Positions 16,176 to 25,173 of a stretch of DNA of 56,946 bases are shown in pieces. Positions within the stretch are counted from its first letter, which is position 1; every line of letters begins with the position of its first letter. Under the pieces are notes generated by a model that was not told the origin of the DNA, searched no databases, and saw nothing but the letters and a program-made list of their open reading frames with translations. This DNA comes from a virus, in IMG/VR virus record IMGVR_UViG_3300024990_000004, one strand, 5' to 3'. The position numbers and the translations under genes are program-made.

Positions 16176-17674
16176 AGGAACGCCGCCAGTGAGCCGATCA
16201 GGCTGGCACCAGATGAAATGGTTCCGAGCGTGTTGGCCGTGTCGTTGGTGTAGTATGGCGTTTTGGTGGTCTGCGTGCCGCCATAATTGCCGGTGACAGC
16301 CTGCATATAAGCCTGCAACTGCTGATAGGGCGACATCTGGCCGAAATTGTACGAGGCATCTTTCGCGCTGGCCTCATTCTGCGCCTGGGTCTGCTGGGCC
16401 GTGCCGGCATTGAACAGCTGCTGCAGGTCCGAATAGCTGAGCGCCTGGTTCTGCGGCGCCAGGGCGTTGCCCTTCAGCATGTTGTCCAGCACGTCCTGGA
16501 AGTTCTGCGAAATACCGCCGGCAGCTGTGGTCTGGGTATTGGCGCCGCTGATCGCGCCGGAAGTGAGATCGCCGGCCGCACCGATCTGCTGGCCCTGGCC
16601 GGTGATGTAATTCCCGGCAAGGTCCTGCGCGGCATTGCCGGACAGCTGGGCGCCGCTGAGCGTGTTGCCAGCGATGTTCTGCGCCAGATTCCCCTGCAGC
16701 TCCGCGCCGGAGAGGCCCAACTGTTGCGCGAGATTGGCGAAGGTCCCCTGCGAGTTCGCACCCGCGATCTGGTTGGACGCGAGTGTGCTGGCGGCATCCT
16801 TCTGCAGACCTTCCTGGGTCTGGAAGTTTTGATATTCGATGGGCGCCAAGGCAGAGGTGACGCCTTCGGCCGCGGCGCGCGCCACCGAGGGATTGTTGAT
16901 GGCGTTGCCGCGATTGAAGACGGCCGAAACCTGCGGCACGACCTGCGACATGACATTTTGGGCGACGTCATCGCCATAGCCATTGGCATTGAGATATTTG
17001 CCGCTGGCATAGTCGTTGAGGGCAGATGATCCGGCGCCGCCCACACCAGGGTTGGACTTGGCAAGGGTATCCAGAACCCCCGCGCCCGCCCCACTGGTAC
17101 CGAAATTCGTTCCTGCCAGGTTCGACAGAATGTCAGTGCCGGGATTGCTCGCGCCGACGTTGCTTCCGGCCAGGTTCGACAGAATGTCTGATCCGGGCGC
17201 GCCGGCGCCCGCATTGGTACCCCCAAGCGATTGCAACAGCGTCGCCCCCGGACTTGTCAGACCCAGGTTGGTACCGGCCAGGCTCTGGAAATAGGACAGC
17301 GCGGGGTTGGAATTGAAATAGCCGCCGTTTTCCAGATTGGTGGCGAAGCCGTTTGCTGCATCCACGATGGGGCTGCCGTTCGCCGCAGTCTGGATGATGC
17401 CGTTCAGCGCCGAAGACTGCGCGCCGTTGAAGGGCGCAACGGTATTCTGCTGCTGCGGCGGGTTGCCGTTCAGCAAGTTTCCGGCTGCGCTGAACCCGCT
17501 TGTCAGATAGGGCTGCTGGGGGGCCCAGGGCTGGTTCGTCTGGGTCTGGGTGCTGGTGTGCTCGGACGAACCGAAATGGCACCGGCCGGGGTTGAACACC
17601 CCGTGCCACCCATCCTCGAAGGGATAGGCCGAGCTTGGAAAGCCGAGATCGTCTTCCTTAAATCGGAGCATCAC
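16172..17674 (-). CDS. virion protein with degenerate SNLAG(S/T)N.G repeats (500 aa)
   Basis: Gln/Asn/Gly-rich repeats and a C-terminal hydrophobic tail. Placed in the structural block. Confidence 0.6.
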   Translation of the reverse strand: MMLRFKEDDLGFPSSAYPFEDGWHGVFNPGRCHFGSSEHTSTQTQTNQPWAPQQPYLTSGFSAAGNLLNGNPPQQQNTVAPFNGAQSSALNGIIQTAANGSPIVDAANGFATNLENGGYFNSNPALSYFQSLAGTNLGLTSPGATLLQSLGGTNAGAGAPGSDILSNLAGSNVGASNPGTDILSNLAGTNFGTSGAGAGVLDTLAKSNPGVGGAGSSALNDYASGKYLNANGYGDDVAQNVMSQVVPQVSAVFNRGNAINNPSVARAAAEGVTSALAPIEYQNFQTQEGLQKDAASTLASNQIAGANSQGTFANLAQQLGLSGAELQGNLAQNIAGNTLSGAQLSGNAAQDLAGNYITGQGQQIGAAGDLTSGAISGANTQTTAAGGISQNFQDVLDNMLKGNALAPQNQALSYSDLQQLFNAGTAQQTQAQNEASAKDASYNFGQMSPYQQLQAYMQAVTGNYGGTQTTKTPYYTNDTANTLGTISSGASLIGSLAAFL

Positions 17675-18084
17675 AGGACCTGTTCAAGGGAATCGTGGGT
17701 GTGGCGCCAGCCCGGCAGCACGCGCCGCCAGCCTTTTCGAAAACTGCCTTCAGCAAGGGCGCAGCCCTGCGACTTTCCCCACCGCAGGATGTCGCCCATG
17801 AAGTGCTGCCAGAGATGCCGATCCCGGCCGGTGCCGAACTTGATGTCGATGGCTTTCAGGCCGGTGTCGTAGGTGACGATGCGCGTCCCAGCGACGGCGC
17901 AGATTTCGCCGGTAGCGTCCAAGGCGATCCACAATTGCCAGTGGCCATGCAGGGCGTGACCGAGAATGATGGGGGCGGTGTAGCGGCCGTGAGACCGCTT
18001 CGCCGCCTGGCTGATCCATCCTTCGATGCGCGGCCAGGTCGCCAGAACCGCCGCGGGCTCAAGGCGAATGAGGGTCGCTGGAAT
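17671..18084 (-). CDS. hypothetical protein, possibly GNAT-like; start uncertain (tracked ORF is 17671..17934)
   Basis: The frame stays open with high GC3 for 50 codons upstream of TTG 17934, with no ATG/GTG/TTG. ATT 18084-18082 follows GGAG by 7 nt and shares a base with the upstream TAA. Confidence 0.45.
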   Translation of the reverse strand: MPATLIRLEPAAVLATWPRIEGWISQAAKRSHGRYTAPIILGHALHGHWQLWIALDATGEICAVAGTRIVTYDTGLKAIDIKFGTGRDRHLWQHFMGDILRWGKSQGCALAEGSFRKGWRRVLPGWRHTHDSLEQVL

Positions 18085-18470
18085 TAAGGTGCTCCGACCG
18101 GTGGGGTGCCGCCTACGCCGATCTTCTGCAGCATTGCCATCACCTGTGGGTTTTTCAGCAGGTCGGCCAGGCCGTTCGTCGGCTGTTGCTGTGCGGGCTG
18201 CTGCTGGGGCGCCTGGGGCATAAAGGGCGACATCGAGTTGGGCGGCAGGGAGCTTGCCCCCGGTGTCCCCGCCCCGGTCCCGGCACTCTGGTTCTGCAAC
18301 TGTGTCAGCAGCGCCAAAATCTTCGGGTCGATGGGAGGTGATGTCATGCTCGTCGGCGCCTGTGCGCCGATATTGCCGCCCATCCCGCCGTTGCCGGACA
18401 ACATTGAGCCGAAGAAACCGCCATTGGCGGGCTGGGTCGTGGGCTGCATGAACATGGGTCGCCTATCCAA
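18084..18470 (-). CDS. low-complexity Gln/Pro/Gly-rich protein (128 aa)
   Basis: Tracked ORF in the structural block. Confidence 0.55.
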   Translation of the reverse strand: MDRRPMFMQPTTQPANGGFFGSMLSGNGGMGGNIGAQAPTSMTSPPIDPKILALLTQLQNQSAGTGAGTPGASSLPPNSMSPFMPQAPQQQPAQQQPTNGLADLLKNPQVMAMLQKIGVGGTPPVGAP

Positions 18471-20298
18471 TGATGAGGAGGTTGAAGGTGCGGTCCGCCT
18501 GGGCGTTGTTGGCGTGGGCGAGCGTGACTTGGCCCTGCTTCTGACCGCTCGCCAGGACGTAGGGCGCGCCTGCCAAGGCGGCTGCGGCGTTGGTGGTCAA
18601 AGGCTGAAGAAACAGTCCGGAGAAAGGCCCGATGCGCGCGTCCAGGATCAGCGAACTATCGACATTGGCCGCGAGCGTGATGGTCAGAACGACATTCTGG
18701 CGCCCACGCAGGACATTGTTGAGCACATCCGCGACATTGCGGACCCAGCCCTTGTCCGCCGCATCGGACGGTTTGGAAACCGACCCGCCGGTAAGTGCGG
18801 CGGGCGAATAGCCCGGTCGGTTCGTGACCGTGACCAGCGCGCCGAAGACGGTCCCCGAACCGCTTGCGGTTGGAGCTGGTCCTGCACCGGACCCAGTCCC
18901 GGTGACTTCGAGAAAGCCGGCGCCATCCCCTTCCGGGGCGGGCGCCGTGCCATCACCACTCCCTGAAATAGCGGAGAGCGAAGTGCCAGAACCCGAACCT
19001 TCAGGGCTATCAGCAGCCCCCGAACCAGCGCCGGATTCGTCGAGGGTCCCACTGCCCGAGCCGCCCGGCGATGGCGCAATGCCTTCGCCAGTCCCGGTAT
19101 AAGTGGGCGCCGATACAGTGCCCGAGCCTGCGCCTTCCGGCGCGGGCGCCGTGCCCTGCCCCGTCCCGCTTTCATCGAGAGTGCCAGTGCCGGACCCGGA
19201 TGGCCCTGGAGCAGCAGCCGATCCGCTGCCGCTCTCGTCCAGAGATCCGCTGCCGGTGCCGTCTGGCGATGGTGCTATACCGGAACCGGAGCCTTGCTCA
19301 TCCAGCGTGCCGGAACCGGAAGCGGAAGGTGATGGCGCTGCACCGCTCCCCGAGCCGCTTTCATCCAGAGTGCCCACGCCCTCTGCGGCCGGACTGGGCG
19401 CCGAACCCTGGCCGGTACCGGCTTCATCAAGCGTCCCAATACCGGCACCAACGGCATCGCCTGGCGCGCCTTCGCCTGTTCCAGCTTCGTCCAGGCTGCC
19501 TTGACCGCTACCCTCCGCAGCGGGTGCCTGGGCCTCCCCAGTACCGGAAACATCTGCAGCCCCGACAGTGCCCGATCCTGAGGCTGCTGGCGCGCCTGAC
19601 GGAGCGCTGCCGGTGCCAGTCTCATCGAGCGTGCCGGCGCCGGCCCCGGCTGCACTTCCTGCGGCACCGGCACCAGTGCCGGTAACGGCAGACGTTGCCT
19701 GCAAAATCTCCAGGGCGAAGGAAATCCACCCAGAGCCGTTAATGGATTGGGTCTTCCCGGCAAAGGACGACACGCCGCCATCGGTATCGCACCCCATGAA
19801 GGCTGGTGGGCTGGAGGAACTTGCATCATCCTCATTGCCCATGCCCGCGGGGGCAGCGGTCATGTTGGTGGCGGCGACAGCAAAATTGCCGGCCACAACC
19901 CAGGATGTTCCGTCCGTGACATTCAGGGGCACGGCCGGTATGGCGAGCGTGCCGTTGCTGCCGTTGTTCTGCGCCGACGCACCAATCCCACTGGCGCCGG
20001 AACACACCCTGGCTTCGATCAGGGCCGCATTGGTGAAGCCGCTTACACCAGTTTCGCCACCGGCCGCGATTTTATGACAAGCAATCCCGGCGTTTGATGC
20101 GCCTGAGTAGCTTAGATCGGTATCGTACCCGGCTGGAACAGTCGGCACCGTATTGTTGGCGCCGTTGAAGGCAAAGACGATGATCAGATCGCCGGGGTTG
20201 GCCGTGATGTTGCTGAACGCAGGCGCATTTACAGGCCAGTCGCCAAATAAGACGCTGGTGCCGCTAGTCGAGTTGGCGCCGCGAAATGCGTTTGCCAT
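18463..20298 (-). CDS. tail/fibre-associated protein with a central array of about 17-aa tandem repeats (611 aa)
   Basis: Globular N- and C-terminal parts flank repeats of GTLDE(S/A)G(S/T)G.G.AP.P..G.GS. Confidence 0.65.
   Translation of the reverse strand: MANAFRGANSTSGTSVLFGDWPVNAPAFSNITANPGDLIIVFAFNGANNTVPTVPAGYDTDLSYSGASNAGIACHKIAAGGETGVSGFTNAALIEARVCSGASGIGASAQNNGSNGTLAIPAVPLNVTDGTSWVVAGNFAVAATNMTAAPAGMGNEDDASSSSPPAFMGCDTDGGVSSFAGKTQSINGSGWISFALEILQATSAVTGTGAGAAGSAAGAGAGTLDETGTGSAPSGAPAASGSGTVGAADVSGTGEAQAPAAEGSGQGSLDEAGTGEGAPGDAVGAGIGTLDEAGTGQGSAPSPAAEGVGTLDESGSGSGAAPSPSASGSGTLDEQGSGSGIAPSPDGTGSGSLDESGSGSAAAPGPSGSGTGTLDESGTGQGTAPAPEGAGSGTVSAPTYTGTGEGIAPSPGGSGSGTLDESGAGSGAADSPEGSGSGTSLSAISGSGDGTAPAPEGDGAGFLEVTGTGSGAGPAPTASGSGTVFGALVTVTNRPGYSPAALTGGSVSKPSDAADKGWVRNVADVLNNVLRGRQNVVLTITLAANVDSSLILDARIGPFSGLFLQPLTTNAAAALAGAPYVLASGQKQGQVTLAHANNAQADRTFNLLIIG
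18844..19686 (-). repeat. imperfect in-frame tandem repeats (about 51-bp unit, more than 12 copies)
   Basis: GTLDESG motifs recur at a period of about 17 aa across residues 205-485 of the 611-aa protein. Confidence 0.8.
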
Positions 20299-20375
20299 TA
20301 CGGCGTCGCGCCGACAGGTGTAGGGCCGGCCATCTATGCCACCTTGCGATCAGGCGGGCGCGAGCACCCCGGGGA

Positions 20376-20879
20376 TCAGTGGAACGGCTGCTTCAGCGTC
20401 ATTGACGACAGCGTGACATTGCCGCCCGAAGTAATGGCGGTGCTGTTCAGATTTATGTCGGCGCCGGAGGTGCCCACCGTCCAATCCTCGATCACGGTCG
20501 TGCCGTCGCTCTTAAAGCCGCGGGCAAAGGTCGCCGTTCCAGTGGCAGATGCGGTGACCGTGCTGGCGCTGAACGACAGCGTGCATACCCGATAGGTGCT
20601 GGAGGTGGAGTCCGAGCCGCAGGCCGTCGTACTGAAGGTGAAGGTGGCCAGCGCGGTATTGCCCGACAACGCCGTATCAGGATCGGCGGGCTCGGTACCG
20701 GAATAGATGACGATGGTGCCGGAGTTGTACTCGGCCTTGCGGGCATCCAGCATGCCATCCGCGGTGGCGGTAGCGATCTTGAGGGCAAAGGCAGGCGCCA
20801 CGAACTGCGGCGCGGAGACAAAGAGCGCGAAGGCCAGGAGGGCGAATGCGCGAATACGCAAAGTCTTGAACAGGTTCAT
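20376..20879 (-). CDS. secreted hypothetical protein (167 aa)
   Basis: ATG 20879, with AGGA 8 nt upstream. Signal-like MNLFKTLRIRAFALLAFALFVSAPQFVAPAFA. Confidence 0.6.
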   Translation of the reverse strand: MNLFKTLRIRAFALLAFALFVSAPQFVAPAFALKIATATADGMLDARKAEYNSGTIVIYSGTEPADPDTALSGNTALATFTFSTTACGSDSTSSTYRVCTLSFSASTVTASATGTATFARGFKSDGTTVIEDWTVGTSGADINLNSTAITSGGNVTLSSMTLKQPFH

Positions 20880-20919
20880 GACGAACATCCTTCTACGTGG
20901 GAGTGGGAGACGACAGTCG

Positions 20920-22437
20920 TTAGCGATCGCCGCCGGGCGTCGCGATGAGCTGGAGACCCTGGATCTGGCTGAAGTCAGACCCGGCAGGCATGGCAATCCG
21001 CCCCCTGACATAGCGTCCGCTGCCGCGGACTGGGCATAAGCCCAGGCCATTCATGGCGACTGGCGCTGTGGCGACGGGATTGCTCTGTTGGAGTTCGCGC
21101 TTGATGACGGCGATGGAGGGTGTACCGCCATCCACAAGCGGGCGCGCACCCGTGAATTTTGTGCGCCGGCCGACGAAGGGCTGCACTTCCATGGTTTCGA
21201 CAGTCGCCGCGAGATTTGCCCCGGTGAAGTAATTGAGCTTGTGCAGTGTGTCGAAGGTGCCCAGCAATTGCAGGCCACCCGTCCAAACCCGGCTGTCGAG
21301 GGGTGCCGGCAGTGTGTCGAGGCTGTAGCCCAGAACGGTATAGAGCTCGTCCAGCGTATAGCCGATCGACAGAAGGCGCAGCACGGTTTCGCACTCAACG
21401 TCCAGGATCGAACCGCGCTTCAGGCGGACATTGTAGACGATCAGGTGATTGGGATTGCCGTTGACATTGCCTTGGCCGGGATAGGCCCACAGGATCAGAT
21501 GGTTGACCGGATCAACCGCACCCACCACCCGGTCGAGATAACCTTGGTCAAGATCACCGAGGAAAGTCTGCGCCCATTGGTCGAGTGCGATTGGAGCCGA
21601 CTCCAGGCCATCGAAGTAATAGGGGCCATCCGCTGCCACATAATAGGCGACATTGCCATATTGCACGATGGAGTTGGGCGCCACACAGCCCTGTACCCCT
21701 TCTGCCGGTGGAAAATCGAATACTTCCGGGGGCCCGGAATAGATCATGCGGAAGACGGCGCGTTCCATGAACACAGCGCCATCGGCATTGCCGAGATTTC
21801 CGACAATGCCCGTGCAAAACCCGTTGTCACCCAGCAGATCGTCAAAGCTGGACTGCACGATGGCCGCAGCGGTTGTCCCCGGTGTCGGCCAGTTCGTTGG
21901 ATCGTTCAGCGCCGGCCACCACACCCGCTGTGGCTGGTCGGCGTCGATGGGGTCATAGGTTCCGGCCAGGACCAGGAAGTTTTTTACGATGGCAGCATAG
22001 CGGGCGCGCGGCGCGTCCGGCGACAGATCGGCAAAAGTGGAGGAAGAAGCGAGATCGAATGACTGTATCGCGTCGTTGTAGTTCGTGGCGATTGCCAGAC
22101 CATTGGCGTAGGAGAAATTCCACTGTCCGTCCTGGGGCGTGGCATAGCCACCACCCCGCGAGACATCGACCCAGCCCACCGAACCGGAAATCAGCCGATA
22201 AAGCTTGCCGGCATCGCCGGCGAACATGCTGACATTGCCGAGCTTGTCAATAAAAGCGGCCCCGCCCTGACACCGCGCATCCAGGGCACCTGAATAGGGC
22301 ATCGGTGATGGCCATGGGCCATATCCCTTTGAGGTCTTGGGATAGACGTTGCGGGCCTGGGTGCAGCCGGGATTGCCCAAGGCCGGCAGGTCCGGCAGCC
22401 ACGGCCCGATTGCCAATGTGATCGGATCATCTGCCAT
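20920..22437 (-). CDS. virion structural protein, positionally equivalent to a podoviral nozzle / tail tubular protein B
   Basis: 505 aa, directly downstream of the adaptor-like gene. The function is inferred from synteny only. Confidence 0.45.
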   Translation of the reverse strand: MADDPITLAIGPWLPDLPALGNPGCTQARNVYPKTSKGYGPWPSPMPYSGALDARCQGGAAFIDKLGNVSMFAGDAGKLYRLISGSVGWVDVSRGGGYATPQDGQWNFSYANGLAIATNYNDAIQSFDLASSSTFADLSPDAPRARYAAIVKNFLVLAGTYDPIDADQPQRVWWPALNDPTNWPTPGTTAAAIVQSSFDDLLGDNGFCTGIVGNLGNADGAVFMERAVFRMIYSGPPEVFDFPPAEGVQGCVAPNSIVQYGNVAYYVAADGPYYFDGLESAPIALDQWAQTFLGDLDQGYLDRVVGAVDPVNHLILWAYPGQGNVNGNPNHLIVYNVRLKRGSILDVECETVLRLLSIGYTLDELYTVLGYSLDTLPAPLDSRVWTGGLQLLGTFDTLHKLNYFTGANLAATVETMEVQPFVGRRTKFTGARPLVDGGTPSIAVIKRELQQSNPVATAPVAMNGLGLCPVRGSGRYVRGRIAMPAGSDFSQIQGLQLIATPGGDR

Positions 22438-23156
22438 CAGAAGTACGTCGGGCGGATGCGAGAGCGCGAGGAATTGCGCCGGGTGGTTTCGTCCTTCAGC
22501 GCTCTCAGGTAGCCGCGGGCGCGCGGGATCATGGGGTCGCCGTAAATCGCCTTTTCCATCGCCGTTTCCAACCCGGCATCGTGGATGACCTCGCGCGCAA
22601 GGATCAATTTGGCCTGGCTCTTGATGAGATCGAAGCCGTCCGCGGTCCAGGCGTTGCTGTCACTGTCCTCGACCAGGTCCGCGAAGCGCTGCGTGCCGAC
22701 AATGCCGACCGGATAGGCCACATCGGGAATGGGATAGATGCGCAGCTGCAGCGCGAAATAGGAATAATCGGTCGGCAGACCACGCCATGCGTCATTGACC
22801 GCGATGTTATCGAGATAGTCGTTTGTCCGCTCTTTCAGCGTGAAGCGGTTCTGGCCGCCCTGCAGGATGCGGATCGTCTTGATACAGGCCAGCGTCCCCA
22901 GGGGCGGATAGTCGGCCGCTCCGTAGAACTCCTGTCCCGCCACCAGCTGGAAGGGAGAGCCTGCGTCCGGCTCGATACGAAAGCCGTTGAAATAGAACGG
23001 CTCCCGCTCCCACAGGGCGATGGCGGACTGCACCGCGTTGTCGATCGGGGAAGACAGGCCGGAGGCATCCGAAAGCGGTTGCAGCAACGCCTGATCGTCG
23101 CTGCATTCGTCCGCGATCTGCTTCTTCAGCAGGCCGTAATTGCGGTTGATGGCCAC
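22437..23156 (-). CDS. head-tail adaptor / tail tubular protein A-like protein
   Basis: 239 aa. First gene after the capsid-module terminator. Weak resemblance to the gp11-type layout. Confidence 0.4.
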   Translation of the reverse strand: MAINRNYGLLKKQIADECSDDQALLQPLSDASGLSSPIDNAVQSAIALWEREPFYFNGFRIEPDAGSPFQLVAGQEFYGAADYPPLGTLACIKTIRILQGGQNRFTLKERTNDYLDNIAVNDAWRGLPTDYSYFALQLRIYPIPDVAYPVGIVGTQRFADLVEDSDSNAWTADGFDLIKSQAKLILAREVIHDAGLETAMEKAIYGDPMIPRARGYLRALKDETTRRNSSRSRIRPTYF

Positions 23157-23184
23157 GCGCTACCCCGATGCATGGAGAAAACGC

Positions 23185-23208
23185 GGGAGGGGTTTTAAGG
23201 CCCCTCCC
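23185..23208 (-). terminator. intrinsic terminator after the capsid module
   Basis: On the minus strand GGGAGGGG-ccttaaaa-CCCCTCCC is followed by GCGTTTTCTCC. Confidence 0.6.
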
Positions 23209-23213
23209 CGTTC

Positions 23214-23399
23214 TCAGCCTTCTTCCCGGCCGCGCGTGCGGTTTTTGGGCTTGATGCCCTTGCCGCTCGCCGCCGGCTGGGTGCCGAACGCCGTGTCGTC
23301 GGTGCGCGAACGCGACTCCCGGCTCATGCCAGGGCCTTTCGCGTCCTGCTCCTCGGCGCCCTTGGGGCCTGCGCCCCGGTACGATTTGCTGCTTCCCAT
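23214..23399 (-). CDS. small, highly charged, disordered protein (61 aa)
   Basis: Internal ATG of the tracked ORF, preceded by GAAGGAG at a 6-nt spacing. Begins MGSSKSYRGAGPKGAEEQD... Confidence 0.5.
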   Translation of the reverse strand: MGSSKSYRGAGPKGAEEQDAKGPGMSRESRSRTDDTAFGTQPAASGKGIKPKNRTRGREEG

Positions 23400-23436
23400 G
23401 CGGGTGCTCCTTCTGATGGCCTGGATCGGCCAGGGG

Positions 23437-23919
23437 TTACGGGTCGTAGGTGTACTCGCACATGACCCGCACGCTGCCGTTCTGCCAGGTCGCCGCAGCG
23501 GTATGGCATTTGAGCACCAGCGTGTAGAGCTGCTGGGAGTCGGTCGGGTAGGCGTCGAACGCCGCCGCGAACGGTTGATACCCGATCGCTCCGGCCACAT
23601 TGGGACTCACAATGCCGCCCGCCTTGGCATTGGTGACCTGCGACATGTAACGCGCGGCAGTGGTCGCGTCGCCCAGGTCGAAGGTGATGGTGGGGGCACC
23701 ATTGCTGTCCAGCTGGTCGCTGTCGAACAGCATGTTCATGATGGTGGGGCCGTTGCCGTTCGGATTGGACGGTGCGGCTTCCAGCTGAAGCATGTTGATC
23801 GTGTCGTTGGCCACGAGAGCGGCCGCCAGCGCCAGGCTGGACAGCACACCGATCAGGCCGGTGGGAGAGACGCGCGGCTGAATGCCAGCCGCCATCTTCG
23901 ATGCATTATAGACGGTCAT
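23437..23919 (-). CDS. capsid-module protein (possible decoration or auxiliary capsid protein)
   Basis: ATG 23919 after AAGGAGGG. 160 aa, immediately downstream of the major capsid gene. Confidence 0.5.
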   Translation of the reverse strand: MTVYNASKMAAGIQPRVSPTGLIGVLSSLALAAALVANDTINMLQLEAAPSNPNGNGPTIMNMLFDSDQLDSNGAPTITFDLGDATTAARYMSQVTNAKAGGIVSPNVAGAIGYQPFAAAFDAYPTDSQQLYTLVLKCHTAAATWQNGSVRVMCEYTYDP

Positions 23920-23989
23920 CAGACCCTCCTTCGTGATGGTGGGGGAAAGAGGGACCGGAGCAACAGCCCCGGCCCTTCTCATTCAGGCG

Positions 23990-25129
23990 CTAGTGCGCGG
24001 CGGCGTAGGACGCCATCACGCAGGTGCCGAAGTCCTTGGCATTGAACCTCGACTTCTTCATGCCGAAGATGGTTCCGGCGGCCACACCCAGCTCGTTCTC
24101 ATAGTCGAAGAGCTCTTCGACCCAGGTATAGCGGTTCGGACCTTCGTCACGGCCGAAGCCCATGGTGACGGACTGCGCCCCGCACATGACCGCGCGCCGT
24201 ACGGTGTCGATCGCCGCGCCGGCGTTCACCCCCGTGGTCACGCGGGTATCCTCATGCAGGATGCAGCTGTTGTAGACGCCCAGCGCGCCGGTGAAGATGG
24301 GGTTGTCCTCCACCTCACCGCCGGTCATGGCAGCCTTCTGGATGTCCAGCCACTGGCCTGACGCCGTGTTGGTGCGCAGGTCGGTCACCTGGTAGGTGTG
24401 CAGGAAGCCCACCCAGTACTTCTTCTTGCCGACCATGACCGGACGCATCGCGGGCGACAGCGTGCGGGCACGCTCGACCGCACGGTCGATCAGGGTCAGG
24501 TTGAAGACGTCCGCCGCGACCAGGTCACTGTCCGCAATGCTGGCCGCCGAATGGGCGTTCAGGTAGTGGGCATTGTCCGGGGCCAGCGGTGCCTGCAGGC
24601 CGGTGTATTCGACTTCGGTCTCGGCGGTATTGCCGCAGAGCTGGTTGAAGCCGGACAGGTCGATGCGGTCCGTCCACCAGTCCTTGAGGCCCGACAGGGC
24701 TTCCTCGCGGATGGAGAAGGGGACACGCTGCTGGGACATGCGGCCGCCGGAGCGGACGGCATGGCGCAGTTGGTCGATATAGACGGCGTCGTTGTAGGTG
24801 GTCAGCGATTCCTCGTTGCCCTCCAACGTGCCGTCGCCGATGACGCCTTTGCCCTTCAGCTGCATGCGCAGACCGAAGGTAATCTTGTCGCCGGCCGACT
24901 TTTTCAGGTCGTCCTTGATCTGGATCAGCGAGTTCGAGGTGTTACCCATGAACTTCGACAGCCAGGTTGCTTTGAGGGTTTCGACGCTCAGCTTCTTCGA
25001 CCAAAGCTTGACCGCCAGGGGATCGTTCACCCCGTAGCTCGTTACCGCTATGACACGTACTCCTCTATTGGAGGTTGATGTTTGGATTTCGATTGGTGCT
25101 TCGATGACGCTTGAAGCTGCGAAACCCAC
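23990..25129 (-). CDS. major capsid protein, N4-gp56-like (HK97 fold)
   Basis: DPLAVKLWSKK..LSKFMG, DWWTDRIDLSGFNQL and a C-terminal FGMKKSRFN match the N4-type MCP pattern. The start is uncertain (GTG 25129; strong AGAGGAG at 25060-25066). Confidence 0.8.
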   Translation of the reverse strand: MGFAASSVIEAPIEIQTSTSNRGVRVIAVTSYGVNDPLAVKLWSKKLSVETLKATWLSKFMGNTSNSLIQIKDDLKKSAGDKITFGLRMQLKGKGVIGDGTLEGNEESLTTYNDAVYIDQLRHAVRSGGRMSQQRVPFSIREEALSGLKDWWTDRIDLSGFNQLCGNTAETEVEYTGLQAPLAPDNAHYLNAHSAASIADSDLVAADVFNLTLIDRAVERARTLSPAMRPVMVGKKKYWVGFLHTYQVTDLRTNTASGQWLDIQKAAMTGGEVEDNPIFTGALGVYNSCILHEDTRVTTGVNAGAAIDTVRRAVMCGAQSVTMGFGRDEGPNRYTWVEELFDYENELGVAAGTIFGMKKSRFNAKDFGTCVMASYAAAH

Positions 25130-25173
25130 CCATCACGCAGGGCGGAGTGCGAAGTGCGATTAACGTGTCGCGA

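Noticed and set aside
18084-18140. Programmed -1 frameshift fusing 18084..18470 to the downstream frame.
   Set aside because: The frames are compatible, but no X XXY YYZ slippery heptamer or downstream structure is visible. An ATT start with a GGAG RBS explains the data more simply. This remains unproven.
18844-19686. Whether the tandem repeats could be a CRISPR array or a diversity-generating retroelement target.
   Set aside because: The repeats are contiguous, degenerate and in frame, with no unique spacers. The window contains no reverse transcriptase gene and no template/variable repeat pair.
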